64,000 nucleotides of DNA, taken from positions 2,170,001-2,234,000 of the forward strand of contig JBHGNT010000014.1 of NCBI GenBank assembly GCA_043228905.1. Reading direction: 5' to 3'. The DNA comes from Azolla caroliniana. Taxonomy: Eukaryota; Plantae; Polypodiophyta. This document shows, in pieces, positions 48,711 through 61,593 of this stretch. A model generated the notes under the pieces. The model did not search any database, was not told the origin of the DNA, and worked only from the letters and a program-made list of their open reading frames with translations. Numbering within the stretch: position 1 is the stretch's first letter; every line of letters starts with the position of its first letter. Made by a program: the position numbers and the translations under genes.

Positions 48711-51700
48711 AACTCCCCCTTCACTACGGCATGGGGTGTCTTACGAGTCTGATTCTCTTCCGGCATGCCTCCAGCTTGTCGGGTATCAGCACTTTGGTTA
48801 GCATATCTGACCCGTTCTCGGCCGTGTGGATCTTCATCAGCGCGAACTCCTAGTCATCTACTCTTTCCCGGATCTAGTGATAGCTTCGTTGGATATGCTT
48901 CGTCTGGGAATGGTAGGCTCACCACTCCGACTGCGTATCCTATATCCGGTCGGGTACAAACCATTGCATACATTAAGCTCCCGACGGCAGAGGCATATGG
49001 AATCTTCATCATATATGCCTTCTCTGCTTTCATCTTCGGGCTTTGATTACCGGATAACCTACAGTTTGCCGGAAGTGTCGATCCGACTGGTTTGGCATCT
49101 GACATGTTGAACCGGTGAAGCACCTTTGTCACGTACTTCTCCTGTGACAGCCATAATTGCTTGGCTGACCGGTTCCGGATAATATGCATCCCCAGCATCT
49201 GTCTTGCCGGACCCAAGTCTTTCACTGAGAAGGTCCGGTTGAGGGCCTTCTTCAACATCCGTATTTTGACCTGGTCGCGTCCGACGATCAACATGTCGTC
49301 CACGTACCGAAGGAGTATCAGAAAGTCGCCTCCTTCGAACTTCTTCACAAACACACAATGATCGGCTGCCGTCTTGTGGTACTGTTGATCGGTCATGAAG
49401 CAGTCAAACTTTCGGTACCATTGTCGGGGAGCCTTCTTTAGTCCGTACAGGCTCTTCTTCAGCCGGCAAACCAAGTGCTCCTTCACTTTCTCCATGAATC
49501 CTTCCGGTTCCTGCATGTAGATCTCCTCTTCGAGGTCGCCGTGAAGGAATGCCGTCTTCACGTGCAGGTGTTCTACCTCGAGGTCCATGCTTGCCACTAT
49601 ACTCAGCACCGTCCGGATGGAGGTCATCTTTACTACCGGGGCAAATATCTCGTCGAAGTCCACGCCCTTCTTCTGCTGGAACCCCTTCACCACAATCCTG
49701 GCTTTGTATCTCCAGGGGTTGCCGGCATCTCCCAGTTTCAACTTGTACACCCACTTGTTTCAGAGTGCCCGCTTTCCTTTCGGCAGCTCCACCAATTCGT
49801 ACGTATGGTTCTCATGCAGGGAATCCATCTCATATTGCATGGCACTTAACCATTTGCCTCTATGAAGCTTTCTGGCTCCCCCTCATCGGTTAGCAGCACA
49901 TGCTCTGCATCCGGAAATTTCCGGGGGGCCCTTCTCTCTGTAAGAGGATATCTCCGTCTTTGGGCTTCGGTAACCGGGTCCTCCATTTGCACGTCATTTG
50001 AATCCGATTCGGGATCTTGACCGGTTCCGGTTTCAGCTTCATCTACTTCTTGCCGGTTGGGTCTGCTCATTGTAGAGTCGATCCTCACCGGTCGACTCGG
50101 AGTTCATTATCTTCTTCTCCGACTCCCAGTCGGCAAGCGTCTTGTTCTCCATGAAGATAATATCTAGAGTCTGGAATACCTTCCTGTCGACCAGGTCCCA
50201 CACTTGGTAGCCGAACTCATCGTCGCCGTAACCGAGGAATATGCATGGCCGGGGCTTTGGATCTAACTTTCCTCTCCGGTCCTTAGCAACATGCACGTAC
50301 ACGAGACACCCGAACACCTTCAGATGCCGGTAGGACACTTCCTTACCGGTCCATTCTGTCTGCGACGTGTCTCCGTCCAAGGGTACTCAGGGTGATCTAT
50401 TTATCACATAAGTCGCCGTCGACAATGCCTCAGCCCAAAACTTCTTGGATAATTTTGCATGCCCAAGCATACTCCGGATCCTCTCCATTATGGTCTGGTT
50501 CATCATCTCGGCCAACCCGTTTAATTCCGGCGTCCGAACACCTTTTGATGCCGGTAGGACACTTCCTTACCGGTCCATACTCTCTGCGGCGTGTCTCCGT
50601 CCAAGGGTACTGAGGGTGATCTGTTTATCACATATGTCGCCGTCGACAATGCCCCAGCCCAAAATGTCTTGGATAATTTTGCATGCGTGAGCATACTCCG
50701 AACCCTCTCCATTATGGTCCGATTCATCCTCTCAGCCAGCTCGTTTAGTTCTGGCGTCTTCGGCACAGTATATTCAAGCCGGATTCCCTTCGAGCAATAG
50801 TACTCCTCGAACTGCCCCCGGTATTCACCTCCGTTATCTGCTCGAACCGCCTTCAGCTTCCGGCCGGTTTCTCTTTCCACACTCGCGTGGAGCTCTTTGA
50901 AGATGGATAACACCTGATCCTTCGTCTTCAACGGTGTGGCCCACAACATCCGGCTGTGGTCATCTATGAACGTCACGAAGTATTGCGCTCCGGCATGTGA
51001 CTTCATGTCCACTTGACAAACATCCGTATGCACCAACTCCATTGGTGCATTACGTCTCATCGATGGCCTTGATCGGAAGGAGGTCCAGTTTTGTTTACCG
51101 GCCAGACAATCAGTGCACTTCTCTAAGTGCACGTTCTTCACTGGAATGAGGTTGTCGTCTACAAGCCTCTTCATCCCCTTCTCACTCATGTGACGCAACC
51201 TCTTGTGCCAAATGAGTTAGTGTCGGATGCAACGTTCACTTCCTCCGGACATAACCGGGCATTCATCAGGTACAACGTGTTGACCTTCCGGGCCAGAGCC
51301 ACAATCAGGCTCCCTTTGCTGAACTTCATGACACCGTTCAGGATGCTACCCGTGTAGCCTTCATCATCTAGCCGACCGGCTGATATTAGGTTTAGACGAA
51401 CCTCCGAAACGTGTCGGACATCCTTCAGCAGCAACTTGCATCCGGTTGGTGTTGTCAGCCACACGTCTCCTATGCCGACAATTCGGCATGTACCTTCATT
51501 CCCCATCCGGACAAAACCGTGATCACCGGTTGAGCATTTCCGGTCCGGGGTAAGGTGGAACGACGCTTCGGAGTCTACCACCCAGATCATCTCGTCGCCG
51601 GCATGGTTTATCTCACTCTCCTCGGTGATGAGCATCAACTCTTCTTCACTTGCCGCGATTGCCGTTGTTCCCTTCCGGTCCGGCCCCCTCAGGTCTTTAT

Positions 51701-52722
51701 CCTTCCCGGCTTGCCACAATAGAAGCAAGTAGGCCTCCCCCTTTACTTTGACCGTGTCCCCGACTTCTCCCGGTTCTGGGGACTACGGTTTCTATGTCTT
51801 TCACGTTCCGATTCAGTAAGGAGCGCTTTGGAGTCGGAGCTCGTATCTTTATCTTTCCGACGCGCCTCCTCATCTAGCAAGCTCGACTTTACTCTTGCTA
51901 GGTATAACCGTTTCCCTTTCGGCCCGGCGTTGCCCAAAGTGACAACCAACGTCTCCCAGCTATCCGGGAGGGAACCGAGCAGGAGTAGCGCTAGTACCTC
52001 ATCGGCGAGATGTACTTCCAATGAAGTTTCCTGGTGGATCAGCCCCTGGAAGGCATTCATGTGCTCCGCCATGCTGGAGCCATCTTGGTACCAGAGTCTT
52101 ACTAGCTTCCGGAATACCGAAACCTGATTAACAACATTTTTGTTTTGAAACATAATGTCGATCTTCTCCCAGAGCTCATGAGCCTTATTCTCTTCATTGA
52201 AGTTGTTGTATAGGCTCATGTCGATGAAGCACCGTATTTACACCGTTGTCTTCATGTGCATCACCTCCCATATTGTGGCGTCGATCTTGTCCGGTCTCTT
52301 GTCCTCGAACTGAACCGGTAACCAAAGATCTTTAACCACGAGCATGTCCCTGATCTTCGACTTCCACACTGAATAGTTGGAGTTGGTGAGCTTGAACATG
52401 CCGCCAAACGATTCGTCCATTTTTTGTGTCGTTTCGCTCTGATACCACTTGACGGGAACTGCACGCTCCCTATACGCAACGCTCGGCCACAGCCGAGATT
52501 AGAATCATACACAGAAAACAGGAAATAATGAACGACTCGAAGAAGAGACGAGTACGCAAAATGTTTACATGGAAAACCCAAACTAAGGGAAAAACCACGG
52601 CAGCCCACAGGCTGCAAACTATCACTATGTTAGAATGTACAACAGTGAGTTCACGGAGGCAACGACCTCGTGCTCACGATCCTCGCCACATGCGGCGGTT
52701 ACAACAGAGGCAACGACCTCTT

Positions 52723-52756
<34 letters not shown>

Positions 52757-53191
52757 CACAGTTACGCGCTCTCTCTCTCCTTGCACCAACAAGAATGACA
52801 ACAACTATATCAAAAGGTTTGCCCTAAGTCATATTTATACTAATATGACTTTTCGGCTATTTACAAATATAGCCACGATGGACTCTCAGAGACATATTTA
52901 CAAATATGTCTCTTCATCCGGAGAGCACTCCTCACCGGGTCTTCACCATCTGGCTCTCCGTAGCCGGGTACTCCTCATCCGGTTCTCACCGGGTCTGCAC
53001 CATCCGGTCCTTTGTAGCCGAGTACTCCTCATCCGGTTCTCACCGGGTGTGTACCATCCGGCTCTCTGTAGCCGGGTACTCCTCATCCGGTTCTCACCGG
53101 GTCTGCACCATCCGGCTCTCCGTACCCGGGTACTCGTCATCCGGTTTAGGGTTCCTCTCCCTTCCCATCCGGAGGGACCTGTCTCCCAACA
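48061..53191 (-). mobile_element. Copia element B (same family as A) inserted in the RT of A; LTRs 52450-53191 and 48061-48710
   Basis: TSD CAGCA/CAACA (the empty site CCCAGCATCTGTC is visible at 49191), PBS 52436-52447 and PPT after 48710. gag-PR-IN-RT with internal deletions. Confidence 0.92.
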
Positions 53192-56100
53192 CAACATCTG
53201 TCTTGCCGGGCCCAAGTCTTTCATTGAGAAGGTCCGGTTGAGAGCCTTCTTCAGCATCCGTAATTTGACTTTGTCCCGTCCGACGATCAACATGTCATCC
53301 ACGTATAGAAGCAATATAAGGAAGTCGCCTCCTTCGAACTTCTTCACAAACACGCAATGATAGGCCTGCGTCTTGTGGTACCCTTGATCGGTCATGAAGA
53401 AGTCAAACTTCCTGTACCACTGTCGGGGAGCCTGCTTCAGTCCGTACAGGCTTTTCTTCAACCGGCATACCAAGTGCTCCTTCCCTTTGTCCACGAATCC
53501 TTCCGGTTGCTGCATGTAGATCTCCTCTTCGAGGTCGCCGTGAAGGAATGTCGTCTTCACGTGCAGGTGTTCTACCTCGAGGTCCATGCTTGCCGCTATA
53601 CTCAGCACCGTCCGGTTGGAGGTCATCTTTACTACAGGGGCAAATATCTCGTCGAAGTCCACGCCCTTCTTTTGCTGGAACCCCTTCACCACGATCCTGG
53701 CTTTGTATCTCGGGGGGTTTCCGGCATCTCCCGGTTTCAACTTGTACACCCACTTGTTTCGGAGTGCCCGTTTTCCTTTCGGCTACTCCACCAATTCGAA
53801 CGTATGGTTCTCATGCAAGGAATCCATCTCATCCTACATGGCACTTAACCAATTGCGGCTGTGGGTGTCATCCTTTGCCTCTATGAAGCTTTCTGGCTCC
53901 CCCTCATCGGTTAGCAGCACATGCTCTGCATCCGGAAATTTCCGTCTCTCTCTAAGAGGATATCTCCGTCTTTGGGCTTCGGTAACCGGGTCCTCCATTT
54001 GCACTTCATCTGAATCCGATTCGGGATCTTGACCGGCTCCGGTTTCAGCTTCATCTACTTCTTCTTCTGCCGGTTCGGTATCCTCACCGTAACCGGCTGG
54101 TTCCTCGAGTGCTAACCGGTCTCTTGCCGGTTGGGTCTGCTCATTGTAGAGTCGATCCTCACCGGTCGACTCTGAGTTCATTATCTTCTTCTCCGACTCC
54201 CAGTCGGCGAGCGTCATGTCCTCCATGAAGATAATATCTAGAGTCTGGAATACCTTCCTGTCGACCAGGTCCCACACTCGGTAGCCGAACTCATCGTCGC
54301 CGTAACCGAGGAATATGCATGGCCAGGGCTTTGGATCTAACTTTCCTCTCCGGTCCTTAGCAACATGCACGTACACGAGACACCCGAACACCTTCAGATG
54401 CCGGTAGGACACTTCCTTACCGGTCCATTCTGTTTGCGACGTGTCTCCGTCCAAGGGTACTCAGGGTGATCTATTTATCACATAAGTCGCGGTCGACAAT
54501 GCCTCAGCCCAAAACGTCTTGGATAATTTTGCATGCCCAAGCATACTCCGGATCCTTTCCATTATGGTCTGGTTCATCATCTCGGCCAACCCGTTTAATT
54601 CCGGCGTCCGAACACCTTTTGATGCCGGTAGGACACTTCCTTACCGGTCCATACTCTCTGCGGCGTGTCTCCGTCCAAGGGTACTGAGGGTGATCTGTTT
54701 ATCACATATGTCGCCGTCGACAATGCCCCAGCCCAAAATGTCTTGGATAATTTTGCATGCGCGAGCATACTCCGAACCCTCTCCATTATGGTCCGGTTCA
54801 TCCTCTCAGCCAGCTCGTTTAGTTCTGGCGTCTTCGGCACAGTAAATTCAAGCCGGATTCCCTTCGAGCGACAGTACTCCTCGAACTGCCCCCCGGTATT
54901 CACCTCCGTTATCTGCTCGAACCGCCTTCAGCTTCCGGCCAATTTCTCTTTCCACACTCGGGTGGAGCTCTTTGAAGATGGATAACACCTGATCCTTCGT
55001 CTTCAACGGTGTGGCCCACAACATCCGGCTGTGGTCATCTATGAACGTCACGAAGTACTGTGCTCCGTCATGTGACTTCATGTCCACTTGACAAACATCC
55101 GTATGCACCAACTCCAGTGGTGCATTACGTCTCATCGGTGGCCTTGATCGGAAGGAGGTCCAGTTTTGTTTACCGGCCAGAGAATCAGTGCACTTCTCTA
55201 AGTGCACGTTCTTCAGTGGAATGAGGTTGTCGTCTGCAAGCCTCTTCATCCCCTTCTCACTCATGTGACACAACCTCTTGTGCCAAATGAGGTAGTGTCG
55301 GATGCAACATTCACTTCCTCCGGACATAATCGGGAATTCATCAGGTACAACGTGTTGACCTTCCGGGCCAGAGCCACAATCAGGCTCCCTTTGCTGAACT
55401 TCATGACACCATTCCGGATGCTACCCGTGTAGCCTTCATTATCTAGCCGACCGGCTGATATTAGGTTCAGGCGAACCTCCGGAACATGTCGTACATACTT
55501 TAGTAGCAACTTGCATCCGGTTGGTGTTGTCAACCACACGTCTCCTATGCCGACAATTCGGCATGTACCTTCATTCCCCATCCGGACACAATCGTGATCA
55601 CCGGCTGTGTAGGATGACAAGCATTTGCGGTCCGGGGTAAGGTGGAACGATGCTCCGGAGTCGACCACCCAGGTCATCTCGTCGCTGGCAAGGTTTATCT
55701 CACTCTCCTCGGTGATGAGCATCAACTCTTCTTCACTTGCCGCGATTGTTGTTGTTCCCTTCCGGTCTTTGTCGTTCCGGTCCGGAGTCCGCTTCGAATG
55801 GGTGCCGTCGAATTCCTTGTCTTTTCGGAAATGCCGACAGTTCTTTTGAAATGGTCCCGGCTTGCCGCAATAGAAGCAAGTAGGCCTCCCCCTTGACTTT
55901 GACCGTGTCCCCGACTTTTCCCGGTTCTAGGGACTACGATTCCTTTTTCTTCCGCGTTCTGATTCAGTAAGGAACACTTTGGAGTCGGAGCTCATATCCT
56001 TATGTTTCCGACGCGCCTCCTCATCTAGCAAACTCGATTTCACTCTTGCTAGGGATAACCGTTTCCCTTCCGGCCCGCCGTTGCCCAAGGTGACAACCAA

Positions 56101-56907
56101 CCTTGTCGTGAAGAATTTCGGCCAGAGGCGGAAACCGGGAAACATTGGCTACATTGGCGGGGTGCAGCGTGTGTACGCACCCATGTATATTTAGTGTGAA
56201 TAACGAGGGCGCCTTTATGGCGCCGAAGAGTAGTCAAGTCGGGACAAACGGTCCCATGTAAGTCGGGGTTTATCCCACATTGTAACGCATCCCTGTCCTT
56301 GTTCTATAAAAGGAAGGGAACACCCTTTGTGAAAGGGTTGCCCATTTTGCAGTAGAGGGTATACCGTTAGGTTTAGAGTTAGTTTCTTCTTCTTCTCCCC
56401 CTTCGTGTTCTCTTACAGTTTGTTGCAGCTCATCTCCTGCGCAAGACCCCGCTCGGCGCGACGAGCCCGTGAGCTCCCCGACCGGCAGCTTGGCAGCTGA
56501 CGACTACTGTAACCTACCTCGGTCCGGCTCGACGCCGGGAATGTATTCTTCTTTTATATATATATATATATACGTTTGCGTCTGTCTGTGTATATTCGCG
56601 TCTTCGTTGGTGTCGGGTGCTTCCCCCTTCCTGCATTTCCTGTACTTAAAGGGGTGAGTCGGGTTGGCCTGTGTGTGTGTGTGTGAGTGTGTGTGCATGA
56701 GTCGGTGTTAAACGCTCTCTCTCTCTCTCTCTCTCTCTCTTCGGTTGCTTCCGGTGTGCTTCTGGGATGCCCCGGAGACGGTGAAGCACGACTTCCTACT
56801 CTCCATCACTCCCTAGTCCAAGACCCCCGTGGTCCCGCCTTTCTCCACGCACACGCGTAACAACGCGACATCTTTGGTGAACCCGACGTGAAAGGCGGTA
56901 AGGGAGG

Positions 56908-58347
56908 ATGGAGTCGGAAGACGACAACCTCGCGGAGATGGTGGCCGAAGTGGTGTTGGAGTCGGCACGAGTGATGATGAGGCGAGAAGCAGCACAACAA
57001 GCGGTTGAGCGAGTGGTCGAAAGAGTCGGCCGTTTTAGCGGGGACAGAGTCCCATCTTACTTGGAAGCCTACAACGCGGAAATGGAGGAGTGCGGCGTAG
57101 ACGAGACGTTGAGGCTGGAGTTCTTCTGTCGGGTCGTAGCTGTCCGGATGCATGCGGAAATAAAGGAGCTCCGTGAGGCTCATAGTTCGTGGGAGGCCTT
57201 CAAAGAGGCGCTCCTGAAGGCATACGGAGGATGGCGGAAGAGCCGGGGACGGCACGACTTCGACCAATGGGTAGCAACAGCAAAGACCCACCGGGGCGCT
57301 GCCAAGGCGTTTCGAGAGTTCGAGTGGCGGCTTGCTCGGCTCCCGAAGCGGAAACAAGGTTTGGTGGGGGCGGACAAGGTCCTATTGTTCGTCAGGTCGA
57401 TCGACCGAGCGGAACGGGAGATCATCGGGATTGAGCTCGAAGACGATGATGGAGCAAATAGGCTTACGGAGGACTGGTCGAAGGTCGGAAGGGTGTGCCA
57501 ACGGCTAGACAATGAGCGAGCCGAGAAGGCTAAGAGGAAGGTACACGACGGCGTGCCATCACAGCGGGAAGAGGCCGAACGGCAAAGAGAGTCGGCAAGG
57601 GTCGGCGTTGGGGCCAGGATTGTGGAGGCGTATGCAGCTCTCGAGGCGATGCTCGAGGAAGAGGAAAGACGGAGGCCGCAAGCCGAGACTGAGAAGACGG
57701 ACTTGCCCCATGCGACGGCGGAAGATCGGTACCACGGTACCACGGGAGAGGGTGCGGAACTAAACGCCCTCTCGACTTGCGGAGATAGAACGGCCAAGGA
57801 CGAGGCTGAGATACAGATCGCGGAACCGGAACGTTGGGACCAATGGTTTCGGGCGTGTCAGCCCGAGATCCCGGTCATGGGAGAAGCAAGCCCAGATGGG
57901 GCTTGCGTGATCGGTAAGAGGACGACCGCCGACCACGAAGAGTCGGTGGCTATGGACAAGGGTGTAAAACGGATGGGCGATTCTTTGTGTCTTCCCACAC
58001 TTGCTCCCGGGACGATGGCAGTCGGGGCCGAGTGCCCACGTGAGTCCCAAGCGGAGGAAGGCGGCGGCGAAAGGCCAAGAATCACTGGCGAGAAGATACA
58101 AGGAAGGAACGGACGAAAGCCCACGAACCCGATTCCGGAGAACTCGGCATTCGGGCCCATATGCCCATGTAAGACCAAGGAGATGGATGGCAGTACCGAG
58201 GAGTCCTGGCACGATGCCAGCGAAGATGGATGGGAAACGGCCTGTGAGGAGGCCGAGGATGGACGCGACACGAGGAGATCGGCATTCCGATACGGGTGGA
58301 GCGTGATCTGGTCGTGGATCGTTCGATCGGGGCCGGATTCGGCGTGA
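56908..58347 (+). CDS. Gag-like protein with a low-complexity C-terminal extension (479 aa)
   Basis: Open ORF directly after the PBS; FSGDRVPSYLEAY...SWEAFKEALLKAY resembles a Ty3 capsid domain. Confidence 0.6.
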   Translation: MESEDDNLAEMVAEVVLESARVMMRREAAQQAVERVVERVGRFSGDRVPSYLEAYNAEMEECGVDETLRLEFFCRVVAVRMHAEIKELREAHSSWEAFKEALLKAYGGWRKSRGRHDFDQWVATAKTHRGAAKAFREFEWRLARLPKRKQGLVGADKVLLFVRSIDRAEREIIGIELEDDDGANRLTEDWSKVGRVCQRLDNERAEKAKRKVHDGVPSQREEAERQRESARVGVGARIVEAYAALEAMLEEEERRRPQAETEKTDLPHATAEDRYHGTTGEGAELNALSTCGDRTAKDEAEIQIAEPERWDQWFRACQPEIPVMGEASPDGACVIGKRTTADHEESVAMDKGVKRMGDSLCLPTLAPGTMAVGAECPRESQAEEGGGERPRITGEKIQGRNGRKPTNPIPENSAFGPICPCKTKEMDGSTEESWHDASEDGWETACEEAEDGRDTRRSAFRYGWSVIWSWIVRSGPDSA

Positions 58348-58759
58348 AAGTGCCGATACGGATGGGGGTGCGGGACGAGCCGCCCTCTTTTACATGGGGA
58401 GAAAGACCAACCGGGCGAAGGTCGAGAGTTGGAAGGAGAATGAAAGCCGGTCCTATGGAGTTCCTTACACCGATCCGGCTGCCAGCCCGAGTGCCGGCGT
58501 GAGTCCTATAAGAGAGATCGGTGGCGATAGGAGAACGGGACTCGGCAATCCGGAGAATGACGAAGGGACCCGAGCGAGAACCGGGCGGAGCGGACTCCCG
58601 GATGACCATTCCGGGAGGGAGGAAGAGAGCTGGCCTACGAAGAGGCCGAGGACACGGTACGTCGGTACCACGGGAGAGGGTGCGGAACAAAACGCCCTCT
58701 CGGCATGCGGAAAAGGACGACCCGGGACAGGGTCGGGAATACAAATCGGAGGGCCAAGA

Positions 58760-59720
58760 GGATCCTTCACACTGGTTCTAGAGACTTCGGCAGTCGGCAA
58801 CGCGGTCGACGTAAGACCAAGATACTGACGGTGGCGGTGAGGTGACGAAGGCAAAGGGGCTACAGATGGGCGGTCTATGGAGGATCTTTCACACCGGTTC
58901 TAGAGACTTCGGCAGTCGGCAACGCGGTCGACGTAAGACCAAGATACTGACGATGGCGGCGAGGTGACGAAGGCAAAGGGGCTACGGATGGGCAGTCTAC
59001 GGAGGATCCTTCACACCGGTTTTAGAGACTTCGGCAGTCGGCAACGCGGTGTCGTGAAGAATTTCGGCTAGAGGCGGAAACCGGGAAACATTGGCTACAT
59101 CGGCGGGGTGTTGCATGTGTACGCACCCGTGTACATTTAGTGTGAATATCGAGGGCGCCTTTATGGCACCGAAGAGTAGTCAAGTCGGGGACAGACGATC
59201 CCATGTAAGTCGGGATTGTCCCACATTGTAACGCATCCCCTTCCTTGTTCTATAAAAGGAATGGAACGCCCTTTGTGTAAGGGTTGCCTATTTTGTGTGA
59301 GTAAGGTATACCACTTAGTCGAGGGTTCTCCTTCTTCCCATTTCGTTTTAGGGTTAGGGTTTCGGTTAGGGTTTTCTTCTTGGGTTTTCCTTTAGGGTTT
59401 TCATATAGTCGTTTGGTGCGGCCATGGCGGCCACCATTGTTGTAATCATTCATTTCTTAATAGAACTTCTTGTTGAGTATCTTGATTGCATCTTCTTCTT
59501 CTATCTTAATGTCATATTCGTTCTCTTCTCCTCTTGAGCTAATCTTTCTCCTCCACTCCCTAGTCCAAGACCCCCGTGGTCCCGCCCTTCTACACGCACG
59601 CGCATAACAACACGACAACGGTCGACGTAAGACCAAGATACTGACGGTGGCGGCGAGGTGACGAAGGCAAGGGCGTAAGGAAGTCCGGTCCTACGGGATC
59701 CCCACACTTAACCAGAGACT
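58760..59720. repeat. 122-bp tandem repeat (3+ copies), interrupted by a solo LTR
   Basis: GGATC(C/T)TTCACAC at 58760, 58882 and 59004; the third unit resumes at 59618. Confidence 0.85.
59050..59617 (+). mobile_element. Solo LTR of a related subfamily (568 bp)
   Basis: TGTCGTGAAG...CACGACA with TSD GCGG/ACGG (the neighbouring repeat units show the empty site AACGCGGTCGAC). Shares both ends with the 56104 LTR but has a different middle. Confidence 0.88.
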
Positions 59721-61562
59721 CCGGCAGTTCGGCCAACGTGGCAACATGAGACCAAGAGAGAAGGTTGGTGACGGCCGGAAACGGGACCCGACTACGCGGA
59801 AGACATGAGGAGAGTCCGGGAGGGACTCAAACAAAAGACACCCGAATTTCGGCAAGCATAGAAACGGAGTCCGGTCCTATGGGACCCTCACACCGATCTG
59901 GAGACCCCGACTGATCGGCCAACGCGGCAACGTAAGACCGATGGAGAAGGACGGTGGCGGCAGGGAACGAGACCCGATGACACGAGGTTTCGGAAGGAGC
60001 CGATAGGGGCAAACACGGGGAGGTGTGTCAGGCTGGAAAGGCACACCTGGGACAGAACAAGAGTCTCACAAGTGGCCATCGCGGGCCGGATCGAAGCGTG
60101 ACTACGGGACGGTGTTCGGCGCGGGCGGGACCGAACAAAGGAAGCGGAAGACGGCACAAGGGAGGTGCCGGGAACGAGGTGACAAGTGCCTAGTGGACTA
60201 CACAGGGTCGGGGTCAGGGGATGGCAAGAGAGGCCGGAGGAGGATCCTCCACACTCGCTTCGTAGATCTCGGTAGCTCCGTCGAAGTAGCGAAGACTGAC
60301 ACGGCAAGTCGGGATGACAAGCTGGTGGGGGCGAGGGGACGACGGCAAACGGAAGACTCAGCACCTGTTGCAGCAGCACGAAGACGGGAAGGGCCATGCG
60401 GGCTACTACGGGGTGTTCCTCGGATGCAAAGGACACCAGTATGCGGGGAGCGGCGATGCACGATCTGGCCGAAAAAGGGGCCGACAAGGCGTGCAATGAA
60501 CCGGAGTACGATATAGGCAGTGCCAAACAACGGACGAGGGTATGTGGCACACGGAGGTGTTGGAGCAGGAAGGCGAGCGCGAAGACGACCGAAAAGGGAT
60601 CCTCCACACCGTTCCGGAGACCATGGCGGTTCGGGCCGATGCGGCGATGTAAGACCATGGAGAAGGAAGGTGGCGGCGAGAAGACAAGGGCATACGACGG
60701 GAGCGGGGCGTTCATACGGCCGAACAAGGGCCAGCAGAAGTACGCATACTACGGAGATCGCGGCAGAGGACCCATCGATGGGTCGAACGAGCCTACGGGG
60801 AGGTAAGCGCGAAGGAAGAATCGAAGCCGACGGATCAAACTGGCAGCGAACCGGGGTGCGGATCACAGAAGACCGGTTTCTCACCGGCCGAAATCTTTCA
60901 CCCTTCAACCGGACTTGGCACATACTGGTGGATGTGCGGTTAGGTGGGGGCGGATGTCGTGAAGAATTTCGGCCAGAGGCGGAAACCGGGAAACATTGGC
61001 TACATCGGCGGGGTGCAGCATGTGTACGCACCCATGTACATTTAGTGTGAATAACGAGGGCGCCTTTATGGCGCCGAAGAGTAGTCAAGTCGGGACAGAC
61101 AGTCCCATGTAAGTCGGGGTTTATCCCACATTGTAACGCATCCCTGTCCTTGTTCTATAAAAGGAAGGGAACACCCTTTGTGAAAGGGTTGCCCATTTTG
61201 CAGTAGAGGGTATACCGTTAGGTTTAGAGTTAGTTTCTTCTTCTTCTCCCCCTTCGTGTTCTCTTACAGTTTGCTGCAGCTCATCTCCTGCGCAAGACCC
61301 CGCTCGGCGCGACGAGCCCGTGAGCTCCCCGACCGGCAGCTTGGCAGCTGACGACTACTGTAACCTACCTCGGTCCGGCTCGACGTCGGGAATGTATTCT
61401 TCTTTTATATATATATATATATACGTTTGCGTCTGTTTGTGTATATTCGCGTCTTCGTTGGTGTCGGGTGCTTCCCCCTTCCTGCATTTCCTGTGCTTAA
61501 AGGGGTGAGTCGGGTTGGCCTGTGTGTGTGTGTGTGAGTGTGTGTGCGTGAGTCGGTGTTAA

Positions 61563-61593
<31 letters not shown>

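Noticed and set aside
44901-53360. Recurrent plus-strand ORFs MNDTKKRRVRRMFTWK...
   Set aside because: Antisense translations of repeated LTR sequence; the recurrence reflects LTR copies.
58082-61088. Long overlapping ORFs in the GC-rich interior of the gag-only element
   Set aside because: Open on both strands because of high GC; no RT, RH or IN motifs.
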